Positions 34,516 through 48,596 of a stretch of DNA of 64,000 nucleotides are shown here, piece after piece. The translations under genes were made by a program, and so were the position numbers. Source of the stretch: a plasmid; sequence record OW849071.1, one strand, 5' to 3'. Each line of letters starts with the position of its first letter. Within the stretch, counting starts at the first letter, position 1. The notes beneath the pieces are model-generated. The model was not told the origin of the DNA and made no database searches. It saw only the letters and a program-made list of their open reading frames with translations.

Positions 34516-35842
34516 TAATGAGATGGTCACTCCCTCCTTCCCAGTACTATGCTGAGGACAGGCTTTCATTCGGAGAACCATCATGGAAAACATTGCGCTT
34601 ATTGGTATCGATCTGGGTAAGAACTCTTTCCATATTCATTGTCAGGATCATCGTGGGAAGGCCGTTTACCGTAAAAAATTCACCCGACCAAAGCTAATCG
34701 AATTTCTGGCGACATGCCCGGCAACAACCATCGCGATGGAAGCCTGTGGCGGTTCTCACTTTATGGCACGCAAGCTGGAAGAGTTAGGGCATTTTCCAAA
34801 GCTGATATCACCGCAATTTGTCCGCCCATTCGTTAAAAGCAACAAAAATGACTTCGTTGATGCTGAAGCTATCTGTGAAGCAGCATCACGTCCATCTATG
34901 CGTTTCGTGCAGCCCAGAACCGAATCTCAGCAGGCAATGCGAGCTCTGCATCGTGTCCGTGAATCCCTGGTTCAGGATAAGGTGAAAACAACTAATCAGA
35001 TGCATGCTTTTCTGCTGGAATTTGGTATCAGCGTTCCGCGAGGTGCTGCCGTTATTAGTCGACTGAGTACCCTTCTTGAGGACAGTAGTTTGCCTCTTTA
35101 TCTCAGCCAGTTACTGCTGAAATTACAACAGCATTATCACTATCTTGTTGAGCAGATTAAAGATCTGGAATCTCAGTTGAAACGAAAGTTGGACGAAGAT
35201 GAGGTTGGACAGCGCTTGCTGAGTATTCCCTGCGTTGGAACGCTGACTGCCAGTACTATTTCAACTGAGATTGGCGACGGGAAGCAGTACGCCAGCAGCC
35301 GTGACTTTGCGGCGGCAACAGGGCTGGTACCCCGACAGTACAGCACGGGAGGTCGGACGACATTGTTAGGGATTAGCAAGCGGGGCAACAAAAAGATCCG
35401 AACTTTGTTGGTTCAGTGTGCCAGGGTATTCATACAAAAACTGGAACACCAGTCTGGCAAGTTGGCCGACTGGGTCAGGGAGTTGTTGTGTCGGAAAAGC
35501 AACTTTGTCGTCACCTGTGCTCTGGCAAACAAGCTGGCCAGAATAGCCTGGGCACTGACGGCGCGACAGCAAACTTACGAAGCATAAAGGCAGAAATACA
35601 CCAGTTTAAACAATCATTCATCTGGTTTTGCGAATACTGATATTGATGATACTAACGGCCCACCGGCCTGTTGAGGAACCTGTAAAACGGAAAGGCTCAT
35701 TGAAGCCGTATATTTTCTGGAGGTTCATCAGGCGCGGAACTCATCGAGGCGCGGGAATAAAATCCCATTCAGACGCCGGATAGATTCAAGCAAGCCAACT
35801 TGTCGTCAAAATCGGTGTTGCAAAAACGGGAGTGACCATAGA
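34516..35842 (+). mobile_element. IS5075 copy B inserted in the 38-bp IRtnp of the Tn21-family transposon (IR halves 34499-34515 and 35843-35865)
   Basis: CTTAGCGTGCTTTATTT | IS | TCCGTTTTCTGAGGCGACCCCC reconstitutes a Tn21-type IR. The transposase at 34583-35587 is identical to copy A and in inverted orientation. Confidence 0.88.
34583..35587 (+). CDS. IS5075-type transposase (334 aa)
   Basis: It is identical to the ORF at 1792-2796. Confidence 0.9.
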   Translation: MENIALIGIDLGKNSFHIHCQDHRGKAVYRKKFTRPKLIEFLATCPATTIAMEACGGSHFMARKLEELGHFPKLISPQFVRPFVKSNKNDFVDAEAICEAASRPSMRFVQPRTESQQAMRALHRVRESLVQDKVKTTNQMHAFLLEFGISVPRGAAVISRLSTLLEDSSLPLYLSQLLLKLQQHYHYLVEQIKDLESQLKRKLDEDEVGQRLLSIPCVGTLTASTISTEIGDGKQYASSRDFAAATGLVPRQYSTGGRTTLLGISKRGNKKIRTLLVQCARVFIQKLEHQSGKLADWVRELLCRKSNFVVTCALANKLARIAWALTARQQTYEA

Positions 35843-35865
35843 TTCCGTTTTCTGAGGCGACCCCC

Positions 35866-35943
35866 ACATAGAGACCTTCCCGGTCATTCACTTTGTAGAG
35901 TTTGTCCCTGGGCTTGAGATTGCGCAGCTTGGTATCGGTCAGC
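35866..35943 (-). pseudogene. N-terminal 26 codons of a P4-type tyrosine integrase, cut by the Tn21-family IR
   Basis: The minus-strand MLTDTKLRNLKPRDKLYKVNDREGLYVGV matches the LTDxKIRxxKPxDKxYKLxDGxGLYLxV arm-binding N-terminus of P4-like integrases. The frame then runs into the IR. Confidence 0.4.
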
Positions 35944-36274
35944 ATGTACCTTGTCCTTCTTCGTCTCCGATACCCACTCTATTGTAAACAAGACATTTTT
36001 ATCTTTTATATTCAATGGCTTATTTTCCTGCTAATTGGTAATACCATGAAAAATACCATGCTCAGAAAAGGCTTAACAATATTTTGAAAAATTGCCTACT
36101 GAGCGCTGCCGCACAGCTCCATAGGCCGCTTTCCTGGCTTTGCTTCCAGATGTATGCTATTCTGCTCCTGCAGCTAATGGAGCACCGCAAACAGGTTACT
36201 CGCCTGGGGATTCCCTTTCGACCCGAGCATCCGTATGAGACTCATGCTCGATTATTATTATTATAGAAGCCCCC

Positions 36275-37090
36275 ATGAATAAATCGCTCATCATTTTCGG
36301 CATCGTCAACATAACCTCGGACAGTTTCTCCGATGGAGGCCGGTATCTGGCGCCAGACGCAGCCATTGCGCAGGCGCGTAAGCTGATGGCCGAGGGGGCA
36401 GATGTGATCGACCTCGGTCCGGCATCCAGCAATCCCGACGCCGCGCCTGTTTCGTCCGACACAGAAATCGCGCGTATCGCGCCGGTGCTGGACGCGCTCA
36501 AGGCAGATGGCATTCCCGTCTCGCTCGACAGTTATCAACCCGCGACGCAAGCCTATGCCTTGTCGCGTGGTGTGGCCTATCTCAATGATATTCGCGGTTT
36601 TCCAGACGCTGCGTTCTATCCGCAATTGGCGAAATCATCTGCCAAACTCGTCGTTATGCATTCGGTGCAAGACGGGCAGGCAGATCGGCGCGAGGCACCC
36701 GCTGGCGACATCATGGATCACATTGCGGCGTTCTTTGACGCGCGCATCGCGGCGCTGACGGGTGCCGGTATCAAACGCAACCGCCTTGTCCTTGATCCCG
36801 GCATGGGGTTTTTTCTGGGGGCTGCTCCCGAAACCTCGCTCTCGGTGCTGGCGCGGTTCGATGAATTGCGGCTGCGCTTCGATTTGCCGGTGCTTCTGTC
36901 TGTTTCGCGCAAATCCTTTCTGCGCGCGCTCACAGGCCGTGGTCCGGGGGATGTCGGGGCCGCGACACTCGCTGCAGAGCTTGCCGCCGCCGCAGGTGGA
37001 GCTGACTTCATCCGCACACACGAGCCGCGCCCCTTGCGCGACGGGCTGGCGGTATTGGCGGCGCTGAAAGAAACCGCAAGAATTCGTTAA
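36275..37090 (+). CDS. sul2: Sulfonamide-resistant dihydropteroate synthase Sul2 (271 aa)
   Basis: MNKSLIIFGIVNITSDSFSDGGRYLAPDAAIAQARKLMAEGADVIDLGPASSNPDAAPVS... is Sul2. Confidence 0.95.
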   Translation: MNKSLIIFGIVNITSDSFSDGGRYLAPDAAIAQARKLMAEGADVIDLGPASSNPDAAPVSSDTEIARIAPVLDALKADGIPVSLDSYQPATQAYALSRGVAYLNDIRGFPDAAFYPQLAKSSAKLVVMHSVQDGQADRREAPAGDIMDHIAAFFDARIAALTGAGIKRNRLVLDPGMGFFLGAAPETSLSVLARFDELRLRFDLPVLLSVSRKSFLRALTGRGPGDVGAATLAAELAAAAGGADFIRTHEPRPLRDGLAVLAALKETARIR

Positions 37091-37150
37091 CTGCACATTC
37101 GGGATATTTCTCTATATTCGCGCTTCATCAGAAAACTGAAGGAACCTCCA

Positions 37151-37954
37151 TTGAATCGAACTAATATTTTTTTTGGTGAATCGCATTCTGACTGGTTGCC
37201 TGTCAGAGGCGGAGAATCTGGTGATTTTGTTTTTCGACGTGGTGACGGGCATGCCTTCGCGAAAATCGCACCTGCTTCCCGCCGCGGTGAGCTCGCTGGA
37301 GAGCGTGACCGCCTCATTTGGCTCAAAGGTCGAGGTGTGGCTTGCCCCGAGGTCATCAACTGGCAGGAGGAACAGGAGGGTGCATGCTTGGTGATAACGG
37401 CAATTCCGGGAGTACCGGCGGCTGATCTGTCTGGAGCGGATTTGCTCAAAGCGTGGCCGTCAATGGGGCAGCAACTTGGCGCTGTTCACAGCCTATCGGT
37501 TGATCAATGTCCGTTTGAGCGCAGGCTGTCGCGAATGTTCGGACGCGCCGTTGATGTGGTGTCCCGCAATGCCGTCAATCCCGACTTCTTACCGGACGAG
37601 GACAAGAGTACGCCGCAGCTCGATCTTTTGGCTCGTGTCGAACGAGAGCTACCGGTGCGGCTCGACCAAGAGCGCACCGATATGGTTGTTTGCCATGGTG
37701 ATCCCTGCATGCCGAACTTCATGGTGGACCCTAAAACTCTTCAATGCACGGGTCTGATCGACCTTGGGCGGCTCGGAACAGCAGATCGCTATGCCGATTT
37801 GGCACTCATGATTGCTAACGCCGAAGAGAACTGGGCAGCGCCAGATGAAGCAGAGCGCGCCTTCGCTGTCCTATTCAATGTATTGGGGATCGAAGCCCCC
37901 GACCGCGAACGCCTTGCCTTCTATCTGCGATTGGACCCTCTGACTTGGGGTTGA
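37151..37954 (+). CDS. strA: Aminoglycoside 3''-phosphotransferase APH(3'')-Ib (StrA, 267 aa)
   Basis: MNRTNIFFGESHSDWLPVRGGESGDFVFRRGDGHAFAKIAP... The gene overlaps strB (TGATG). Confidence 0.95.
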   Translation: MNRTNIFFGESHSDWLPVRGGESGDFVFRRGDGHAFAKIAPASRRGELAGERDRLIWLKGRGVACPEVINWQEEQEGACLVITAIPGVPAADLSGADLLKAWPSMGQQLGAVHSLSVDQCPFERRLSRMFGRAVDVVSRNAVNPDFLPDEDKSTPQLDLLARVERELPVRLDQERTDMVVCHGDPCMPNFMVDPKTLQCTGLIDLGRLGTADRYADLALMIANAEENWAAPDEAERAFAVLFNVLGIEAPDRERLAFYLRLDPLTWG

Positions 37955-38790
37955 TGTTCATGCCGCCTGTTTTTCCTGCTCATTGGCACGTTTCGCAACC
38001 TGTTCTCATTGCGGACACCTTTTCCAGCCTCGTTTGGAAAGTTTCATTGCCAGACGGGACTCCTGCAATCGTCAAGGGATTGAAACCTATAGAAGACATT
38101 GCTGATGAACTGCGCGGGGCCGACTATCTGGTATGGCGCAATGGGAGGGGAGCAGTCCGGTTGCTCGGTCGTGAGAACAATCTGATGTTGCTCGAATATG
38201 CCGGGGAGCGAATGCTCTCTCACATCGTTGCCGAGCACGGCGACTACCAGGCGACCGAAATTGCAGCGGAACTAATGGCGAAGCTGTATGCCGCATCTGA
38301 GGAACCCCTGCCTTCTGCCCTTCTCCCGATCCGGGATCGCTTTGCAGCTTTGTTTCAGCGGGCGCGCGATGATCAAAACGCAGGTTGTCAAACTGACTAC
38401 GTCCACGCGGCGATTATAGCCGATCAAATGATGAGCAATGCCTCGGAACTGCGTGGGCTACATGGCGATCTGCATCATGAAAACATCATGTTCTCCAGTC
38501 GCGGCTGGCTGGTGATAGATCCCGTCGGTCTGGTCGGTGAAGTGGGCTTTGGCGCCGCCAATATGTTCTACGATCCGGCTGACAGAGACGACCTTTGTCT
38601 CGATCCTAGACGCATTGCACAGATGGCGGACGCATTCTCTCGTGCGCTGGACGTCGATCCGCGTCGCCTGCTCGACCAGGCGTACGCTTATGGGTGCCTT
38701 TCCGCAGCTTGGAACGCGGATGGAGAAGAGGAGCAACGCGATCTAGCTATCGCGGCCGCGATCAAGCAGGTGCGACAGACGTCATACTAG
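37954..38790 (+). CDS. strB: Aminoglycoside 6-phosphotransferase APH(6)-Id (StrB, 278 aa)
   Basis: MFMPPVFPAHWHVSQPVLIADTFSSLVWKVSLPDGTPAIVKGL... is StrB. Confidence 0.95.
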   Translation: MFMPPVFPAHWHVSQPVLIADTFSSLVWKVSLPDGTPAIVKGLKPIEDIADELRGADYLVWRNGRGAVRLLGRENNLMLLEYAGERMLSHIVAEHGDYQATEIAAELMAKLYAASEEPLPSALLPIRDRFAALFQRARDDQNAGCQTDYVHAAIIADQMMSNASELRGLHGDLHHENIMFSSRGWLVIDPVGLVGEVGFGAANMFYDPADRDDLCLDPRRIAQMADAFSRALDVDPRRLLDQAYAYGCLSAAWNADGEEEQRDLAIAAAIKQVRQTSY

Positions 38791-38815
38791 ATATCAAGCG
38801 ACTTCTCCTATCCCC

Positions 38816-38896
38816 TGGGAACACATCAATCTCACCGGAGAATATCGCTGGCCAAAGCCTTAGCGTAGGATTCCGCCCCTTCCCGCAAACGACCCC
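38816..38896 (-). repeat. Tn5393 81-bp terminal inverted repeat (IRR) downstream of strB
   Basis: The reverse complement reads GGGGTCGTTTGCGGGAAGGGGCGGAATCCTACGCTAAGGCTTTGGCCAGCGATATTCTCCGGTGAGATTGATGTG... Confidence 0.8.
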
Positions 38897-38943
38897 AAAC
38901 AGGAAACGCAGCTGAAACGGGAAGCTCAACACCCACTGACGCA

Positions 38944-39301
38944 TGGGTTGTTCAGGCAGTACTTCATCAACCAGCAAGGCGGCACTTTCGGCCATCCGCC
39001 GCGCCCCACAGCTCGGGCAGAAACCGCGACGCTTACAGCTGAAAGCGACCAGGTGCTCGGCGTGGCAAGACTCGCAGCGAACCCGTAGAAAGCCATGCTC
39101 CAGCCGCCCGCATTGGAGAAATTCTTCAAATTCCCGTTGCACATAGCCCGGCAATTCCTTTCCCTGCTCTGCCATAAGCGCAGCGAATGCCGGGTAATAC
39201 TCGTCAACGATCTGATAGAGAAGGGTTTGCTCGGGTCGGTGGCTCTGGTAACGACCAGTATCCCGATCCCGGCTGGCCGTCCTGGCCGCCACATGAGGCA
39301 T
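38944..39301 (-). pseudogene. IS91/ISCR-family transposase N-terminal (zinc-binding) fragment, truncated at the Tn5393 IR
   Basis: MPHVAARTASRDRD...LRVRCESCHAEHLVAFSCKRRGFCPSCGARRMAESAALLVDEVLPEQ is the IS91-family N-terminal Cys-rich domain. It lies between the Tn5393 IRR and the Tn2 IRR. Confidence 0.6.
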
Positions 39302-39363
39302 GTTCCGCGTCCTTGCAATACTGTGTTTACATACAGTCTATCGCTTAGCGGAAAGTTCTTTTA

Positions 39364-39401
39364 GGGGTCTGACGCTCAGTGGAACGAAAACTCACGTTAA
39401 G
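39364..39401 (+). repeat. Tn2/Tn3 38-bp inverted repeat (bla end)
   Basis: GGGGTCTGACGCTCAGTGGAACGAAAACTCACGTTAAG is an exact match. Confidence 0.95.
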
Positions 39402-39510
39402 GGATTTTGGTCATGAGATTATCAAAAAGGATCTTCACCTAGATCCTTTTAAATTAAAAATGAAGTTTTAAATCAATCTAAAGTATATATGAGTAAACTT
39501 GGTCTGACAG

Positions 39511-40383
<873 letters not shown>

Positions 40384-40553
40384 TCAATATTATTGAAGCA
40401 TTTACCAGGGTTATTGTCTCATGAGCGGATACATATTTGAATGTATTTAGAAAAATAAACAAATAGGGGTTCCGCGCACATTTCCCCGAAAAGTGCCACC
40501 TGACGTCTAAGAAACCATTATTATCATGACATTAACCTATAAAAATAGGCGTA

Positions 40554-41275
<722 letters not shown>

Positions 41276-41674
41276 TGCCCGTTGACTTTCTGACCACTGA
41301 GCAGACTGAAAGCTATGGCAGATTCACCGGTGAACCGGATGAGCTTCAGCTGGCACGATATTTTCACCTTGATGAAGCAGACAAGGAATTTATCGGAAAA
41401 AGCAGAGGTGATCACAACCGTCTGGGCATTGCCCTGCAAATTGGATGTGTCCGTTTTCTGGGCACCTTCCTCACCGATATGAATCATACCTAGATTCTAC
41501 GTCAGTACTTCAAAAAGCATAATCAAAGCCTTGATAAATATGCATTCCTTCGAAATTCAGCTTTCACCCATTGGGTGAAAGAAAAGTGCTCAAAAATATG
41601 TTAAATTATCAGCTTTTATGACTCGATATATGGTAAAATAATAGTAAGAAAAGTAGTAAAAAGGGGTTCTAATT

Positions 41675-42937
41675 ATGATTAATAAAATTGATTTCAAAGC
41701 TAAGAATCTAACATCAAATGCAGGTCTTTTTCTGCTCCTTGAGAATGCAAAAAGCAATGGGATTTTTGATTTTATTGAAAATGACCTCGTATTTGATAAT
41801 GACTCAACAAATAAAATCAAGATGAATCATATAAAGACCATGCTCTGCGGTCACTTCATTGGCATTGATAAGTTAGAACGTCTAAAGCTACTTCAAAATG
41901 ATCCCCTCGTCAACGAGTTTGATATTTCCGTAAAAGAACCTGAAACAGTGTCACGGTTTCTAGGAAACTTCAACTTCAAGACAACCCAAATGTTTAGAGA
42001 CATTAATTTTAAAGTCTTTAAAAAACTGCTCACTAAAAGTAAATTGACATCCATTACGATTGATATTGATAGTAGTGTAATTAACGTAGAAGGTCATCAA
42101 GAAGGTGCGTCAAAAGGATATAATCCTAAGAAACTGGGAAACCGATGCTACAATATCCAATTTGCATTTTGCGACGAATTAAAAGCATATGTTACCGGAT
42201 TTGTAAGAAGTGGCAATACTTACACTGCAAACGGTGCTGCGGAAATGATCAAAGAAATTGTTGCTAACATCAAATCAGACGATTTAGAAATTTTATTTCG
42301 AATGGATAGTGGCTACTTTGATGAAAAAATTATCGAAACGATAGAATCTCTTGGATGCAAATATTTAATTAAAGCCAAAAGTTATTCTACACTCACCTCA
42401 CAAGCAACGAATTCATCAATTGTATTCGTTAAAGGAGAAGAAGGTAGAGAAACTACAGAACTGTATACAAAATTAGTTAAATGGGAAAAAGACAGAAGAT
42501 TTGTCGTATCTCGCGTACTGAAACCAGAAAAAGAAAGAGCACAATTATCACTTTTAGAAGGTTCCGAATACGACTACTTTTTCTTTGTAACAAATACTAC
42601 CTTGCTTTCTGAAAAAGTAGTTATATACTATGAAAAGCGTGGTAATGCTGAAAACTATATCAAAGAAGCCAAATACGACATGGCGGTGGGTCATCTCTTG
42701 CTAAAGTCATTTTGGGCGAATGAAGCCGTGTTTCAAATGATGATGCTTTCATATAACCTATTTTTGTTGTTCAAGTTTGATTCCTTGGACTCTTCAGAAT
42801 ACAGACAGCAAATAAAGACCTTTCGTTTGAAGTATGTATTTCTTGCAGCAAAAATAATCAAAACCGCAAGATATGTAATCATGAAGTTGTCGGAAAACTA
42901 TCCGTACAAGGGAGTGTATGAAAAATGTCTGGTATAA
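41675..42937 (+). CDS. ISEcp1 transposase (IS1380 family, 420 aa)
   Basis: MINKIDFKAKNLTSNAGLFLLLENAKSNGIFDFIENDLVFDNDS... Confidence 0.93.
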   Translation: MINKIDFKAKNLTSNAGLFLLLENAKSNGIFDFIENDLVFDNDSTNKIKMNHIKTMLCGHFIGIDKLERLKLLQNDPLVNEFDISVKEPETVSRFLGNFNFKTTQMFRDINFKVFKKLLTKSKLTSITIDIDSSVINVEGHQEGASKGYNPKKLGNRCYNIQFAFCDELKAYVTGFVRSGNTYTANGAAEMIKEIVANIKSDDLEILFRMDSGYFDEKIIETIESLGCKYLIKAKSYSTLTSQATNSSIVFVKGEEGRETTELYTKLVKWEKDRRFVVSRVLKPEKERAQLSLLEGSEYDYFFFVTNTTLLSEKVVIYYEKRGNAENYIKEAKYDMAVGHLLLKSFWANEAVFQMMMLSYNLFLLFKFDSLDSSEYRQQIKTFRLKYVFLAAKIIKTARYVIMKLSENYPYKGVYEKCLV

Positions 42938-43123
42938 TAAGAATATCATCAATAAAATTGAGTGTTGCTCTGTGGATAACTTGCAGAGTTTATTAAGTAT
43001 CATTGCAGCAAAGATGAAATCAATGATTTATCAAAAATGATTGAAAGGTGGTTGTAAATAATGTTACAATGTGTGAGAAGCAGTCTAAATTCTTCGTGAA
43101 ATAGTGATTTTTGAAGCTAATAA

Positions 43124-44068
<945 letters not shown>

Positions 44069-44114
44069 TAGCGGAAACGGAATGGGGAAACTCATTCCGT
44101 TTTTGTTTATCGCC

Positions 44115-44447
44115 TTAGACGGCAAAAGTGCTGTCGCCCACCTGCGCTTGCGCATACCAGGCCATAAGCTCCGTGGTTCCTGGTTCTCCTTCCGCTGGAG
44201 CCCAGTGCGCATAGTCATCGGCAGCCACGGGTTGATAGCCACCGTGTTTTACTTCAAAAATTATGCCACCGGTATCCAGCGACAGCACGGCATGCCAGGT
44301 TCCTGCGGCCATCTCCAGCACCGTACAGGTTTCCCCCAATATCGCCCGATGGGTGACGGTACCCCGATCGTCAAAATTCAGCACCACGAAACGACCCCTT
44401 AATGGCAACAGTAGCTCGAAGGTGTGAGGGTGTCGGTGCGGGCGCAC
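44115..44447 (-). CDS. orf477-truncated / WbuC-like cupin protein fragment
   Basis: The 110-aa ORF MRPHRHPHTFELLLPLRGRFVVLNFDDRG... lies directly downstream of blaCTX-M-15, in the classic context. Confidence 0.8.
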   Translation of the reverse strand: MRPHRHPHTFELLLPLRGRFVVLNFDDRGTVTHRAILGETCTVLEMAAGTWHAVLSLDTGGIIFEVKHGGYQPVAADDYAHWAPAEGEPGTTELMAWYAQAQVGDSTFAV

Positions 44448-46705
44448 GTAGGTCCCAGGTCATATTCCTTCCGGCGTCCGGCATTTTACCGCCAGACAGC
44501 TCGGGATTCGTGATATCACCGTTCTTGCAGAATACGGTCAGAGGGAAAATACCCGCCGTGAGCATGCAGCGCTGATACGTCAGCACTATCAGTATCGTGA
44601 ATTTGCCTGGCCCTGGACATTTCGCCTTACCCGTCTTTTATATACCCGGAGCTGGATAAGCAACGAACGTCCTGGCCTGCTTTTCGATCTGGCGACAGGG
44701 TGGCTTATGCAACATCGTATTATTCTCCCCGGAGCCACTACGCTGACCCGGTTGATTTCAGAGGTAAGGGAAAAGGCGACGTTGCGCCTGTGGAACAAAC
44801 TGGCACTGATACCGTCAGCCGAACAGCGTTCACAGCTGGAGATGCTGCTGGGGCCAACTGATTGCAGCCGCCTGTCTTTACTGGAATCACTGAAAAAGGG
44901 CCCTGTGACCATCAGTGGTCCGGCGTTTAATGAAGCAATTGAACGCTGGAAAACTCTGAACGATTTTGGCCTGCATGCTGAAAACCTGAGTACACTCCCG
45001 GCTGTGCGCCTGAAAAATCTCGCACGTTATGCTGGTATGACTTCGGTGTTCAATATTGCCAGGATGTCACCGCAGAAAAGGATGGCGGTTCTGGTTGCCT
45101 TTGTCCTTGCATGGGAAACGCTGGCGCTGGATGATGCATTGGACGTTCTGGACGCCATGCTGGCCGTTATCATCCGTGACGCCAGAAAGATTGGGCAGAA
45201 AAAACGGCTCCGCTCGCTGAAGGATCTGGATAAATCTGCATTGGCGCTCGCCAGCGCATGTTCGTACCTGCTGAAAGAAGAAACACCGGACGAATCGATT
45301 CGTGCTGAGGTGTTCAGCTACATCCCAAGGCAAAAGCTGGCTGAAATCATCACGCTTGTCCGTGAAATTGCCCGGCCCTCAGACGATAATTTTCATGAAG
45401 AAATGGTGGAGCAGTACGGGCGCGTTCGTCGTTTCCTGCCCCATCTGCTGAATACCGTTAAATTTTCATCCGCACCTGCCGGGGTTACCACTCTGAATGC
45501 CTGTGACTACCTCAGCCGGGAGTTCAGCTCACGGCGGCAGTTTTTTGACGACGCACCAACGGAAATTATCAGTCGGTCATGGAAACGGCTGGTGATTAAC
45601 AAGGAAAAACATATCACCCGCAGGGGATACACGCTCTGCTTTCTCAGTAAACTGCAGGATAGTCTGAGGCGGAGGGATGTCTACGTTACCGGCAGTAACC
45701 GGTGGGGAGATCCTCGTGCAAGATTACTACAGGGTGCTGACTGGCAGGCAAACCGGATTAAGGTTTATCGTTCTTTGGGGCACCCGACAGACCCGCAGGA
45801 AGCAATAAAATCTCTGGGTCATCAGCTTGATAGTCGTTACAGACAGGTTGCTGCACGTCTTTGCGAAAATGAGGCTGTCGAACTCGATGTTTCTGGCCCG
45901 AAGCCCCGGTTGACAATTTCTCCCCTCGCCAGTCTTGATGAGCCGGACAGTCTGAAACGACTGAGCAAAATGATCAGTGATCTACTCCCTCCGGTGGATT
46001 TAACGGAGTTGCTGCTCGAAATTAACGCCCATACCGGATTTGCTGATGAGTTTTTCCATGCTAGTGAAGCCAGTGCCAGAGTTGATGATCTGCCCGTCAG
46101 CATCAGCGCCGTGCTGATGGCTGAAGCCTGCAATATCGGTCTGGAACCACTGATCAGATCAAATGTTCCTGCACTGACCCGACACCGGCTGAACTGGACA
46201 AAAGCGAACTATCTGCGGGCTGAAACTATCACCAGCGCTAATGCCAGACTGGTTGATTTTCAGGCAACGCTGCCACTGGCACAGATATGGGGTGGAGGAG
46301 AAGTGGCATCTGCAGATGGAATGCGCTTTGTTACGCCAGTCAGAACAATCAATGCCGGACCGAACCGCAAATACTTTGGTAATAACAGAGGGATCACCTG
46401 GTACAACTTTGTGTCCGATCAGTATTCCGGCTTTCATGGCATCGTTATACCGGGGACGCTGAGGGACTCTATCTTTGTGCTGGAAGGTCTTCTGGAACAG
46501 GAGACCGGGCTGAATCCAACCGAAATTATGACCGATACAGCAGGTGCCAGCGAACTTGTCTTTGGCCTTTTCTGGCTGCTGGGATACCAGTTTTCTCCAC
46601 GCCTGGCTGATGCCGGTGCTTCGGTTTTCTGGCGAATGGACCATGATGCCGACTATGGCGTGCTGAATGATATTGCCAGAGGGCAATCAGATCCCCGAAA
46701 AATAG

Positions 46706-47525
46706 GGCACTGTTGCAAATAGTCGGTGGTGATAAACTTATCATCCCCTTTTGCTGATGGAGCTGCACATGAACCCATTCAAAGGCCGGCATTTTCAGCG
46801 TGACATCATTCTGTGGGCCGTACGCTGGTACTGCAAATACGGCATCAGTTACCGTGAGCTGCAGGAGATGCTGGCTGAACGCGGAGTGAATGTCGATCAC
46901 TCCACGATTTACCGCTGGGTTCAGCGTTATGCGCCTGAAATGGAAAAACGGCTGCGCTGGTACTGGCGTAACCCTTCCGATCTTTGCCCGTGGCACATGG
47001 ATGAAACCTACGTGAAGGTCAATGGCCGCTGGGCGTATCTGTACCGGGCCGTCGACAGCCGGGGCCGCACTGTCGATTTTTATCTCTCCTCCCGTCGTAA
47101 CAGCAAAGCTGCATACCGGTTTCTGGGTAAAATCCTCAACAACGTGAAGAAGTGGCAGATCCCGCGATTCATCAACACGGATAAAGCGCCCGCCTATGGT
47201 CGCGCGCTTGCTCTGCTCAAACGCGAAGGCCGGTGCCCGTCTGACGTTGAACACCGACAGATTAAGTACCGGAACAACGTGATTGAATGCGATCATGGCA
47301 AACTGAAACGGATAATCGGCGCCACGCTGGGATTTAAATCCATGAAGACGGCTTACGCCACCATCAAAGGTATTGAGGTGATGCGTGCACTACGCAAAGG
47401 CCAGGCCTCAGCATTTTATTATGGTGATCCCCTGGGCGAAATGCGCCTGGTAAGCAGAGTTTTTGAAATGTAAGGCCTTTGAATAAGACAAAAGGCTGCC
47501 TCATCGCTAACTTTGCAACAGTGCC
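46706..47525 (+). mobile_element. IS26 copy 3 (tnp26 at 46769-47473)
   Basis: GGCACTGTTGCAAA ends. It truncates Tn2 tnpA on the left and the IS3-family orfB on the right. Confidence 0.95.
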
Positions 47526-48267
47526 AATGTGGGCGTCTGGTGTTGTAGAAGTTCAGATATCGGGCGATGCCAGCGCGTGCCTCGGACACAGTCTTGTAGG
47601 CATGGAGGTAGACTTCCTCGTATTTGATCGAACGCCAGAGCCGCTCGACGAAGACATTGTCTCGCCACGCACCCTTGCCATCCATCGAGATGGCAATCTG
47701 TGACCTCTTCAGCACGGCGGTGAAGTCGATGGAGGTGAACTGCGATCCCTGGTCGGTATTGAAGATTTCCGGCCTGCCATGACGGGCAAGTGCCTCCTCC
47801 ACCGCCTCGATGCAGAAGGCTGCTTCCATCGTGATCGACAACCGCCATGACAAGACCTTCCGGCTGAACCAGTCCACGACGGCGCACAGATAGACAAATC
47901 CCCGCGCCATGGGGATGTAGGTCAGGTCCATTGCCCACACCTGATTGGGCCGGGTGACTGCCAGCTTTCGTATGTGCCCTGGCGCTGGTTTCGAGGTGTT
48001 CGGGCGGCGGTAGATCGCCTTGATGCCCATCTTCTTCATCAGCGTGGCGACGTGTCGCCGCCCGGTCTCCAGACCTTCTCCTCTCAAGAGCCCTTGCAAC
48101 ATCCGACTTCCGGCAAAGGGGTAGTCGAGATGCAATTCGTCAATCCGGCGCATAAGGGCCAGATCGCCGTCAGACACCGGACGAGGCAGATAGTAGACGC
48201 TGCCACGGCTGAAGCCGAGAAGCTTCGCCTGGCGCACGACGGATAGCTTGTGCTCGCGGTCGATCAT
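47526..48267 (-). pseudogene. IS3-family transposase OrfB (ISCfr1/ISKpn11-like), 3'-truncated by IS26
   Basis: MIDREHKLSVVRQAKLLGFSRGSVYY...DDE-type integrase core. The tail [12 protein letters not shown]... is IS26 read-through. Confidence 0.85.
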
Positions 48268-48596
48268 TTCTTTCCGCCCAGCAATCCCGCCTTGCCGAGC
48301 GCACCGGATAAAAAATCGTTCTCCAGTGTCAGTTCGCCGATTTTCGCGTGCAGCGTTTTGACATCGATGGTCGGACCCGACGGCTCCGCTTTCGTTTCAT
48401 CGCCGAACACACCTGTCGCCCCCTCAAGGAGCTGGTCTTTCCATTGCTTGATCTGGTTGGCGTGCACATCGAACTGCTGGGACAACTCCACCAGCGTCTG
48501 CTCACCTCGGATGGCGGCAAGTGCCACCTTCGCCTTGAAAGCCGGGCTATGGTTCCGGCGCGGTCGTCTCGTCATGGTCTCTCCTGTTCCCGGCAT
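48264..48596 (-). CDS. IS3-family transposase OrfA (110 aa)
   Basis: MPGTGETMTRRPRRNHSPAFKAKVALAAIRGEQTLVELSQQFDVHANQIKQWKDQLLEG is the HTH OrfA. It overlaps orfB. Confidence 0.85.
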   Translation of the reverse strand: MPGTGETMTRRPRRNHSPAFKAKVALAAIRGEQTLVELSQQFDVHANQIKQWKDQLLEGATGVFGDETKAEPSGPTIDVKTLHAKIGELTLENDFLSGALGKAGLLGGKK

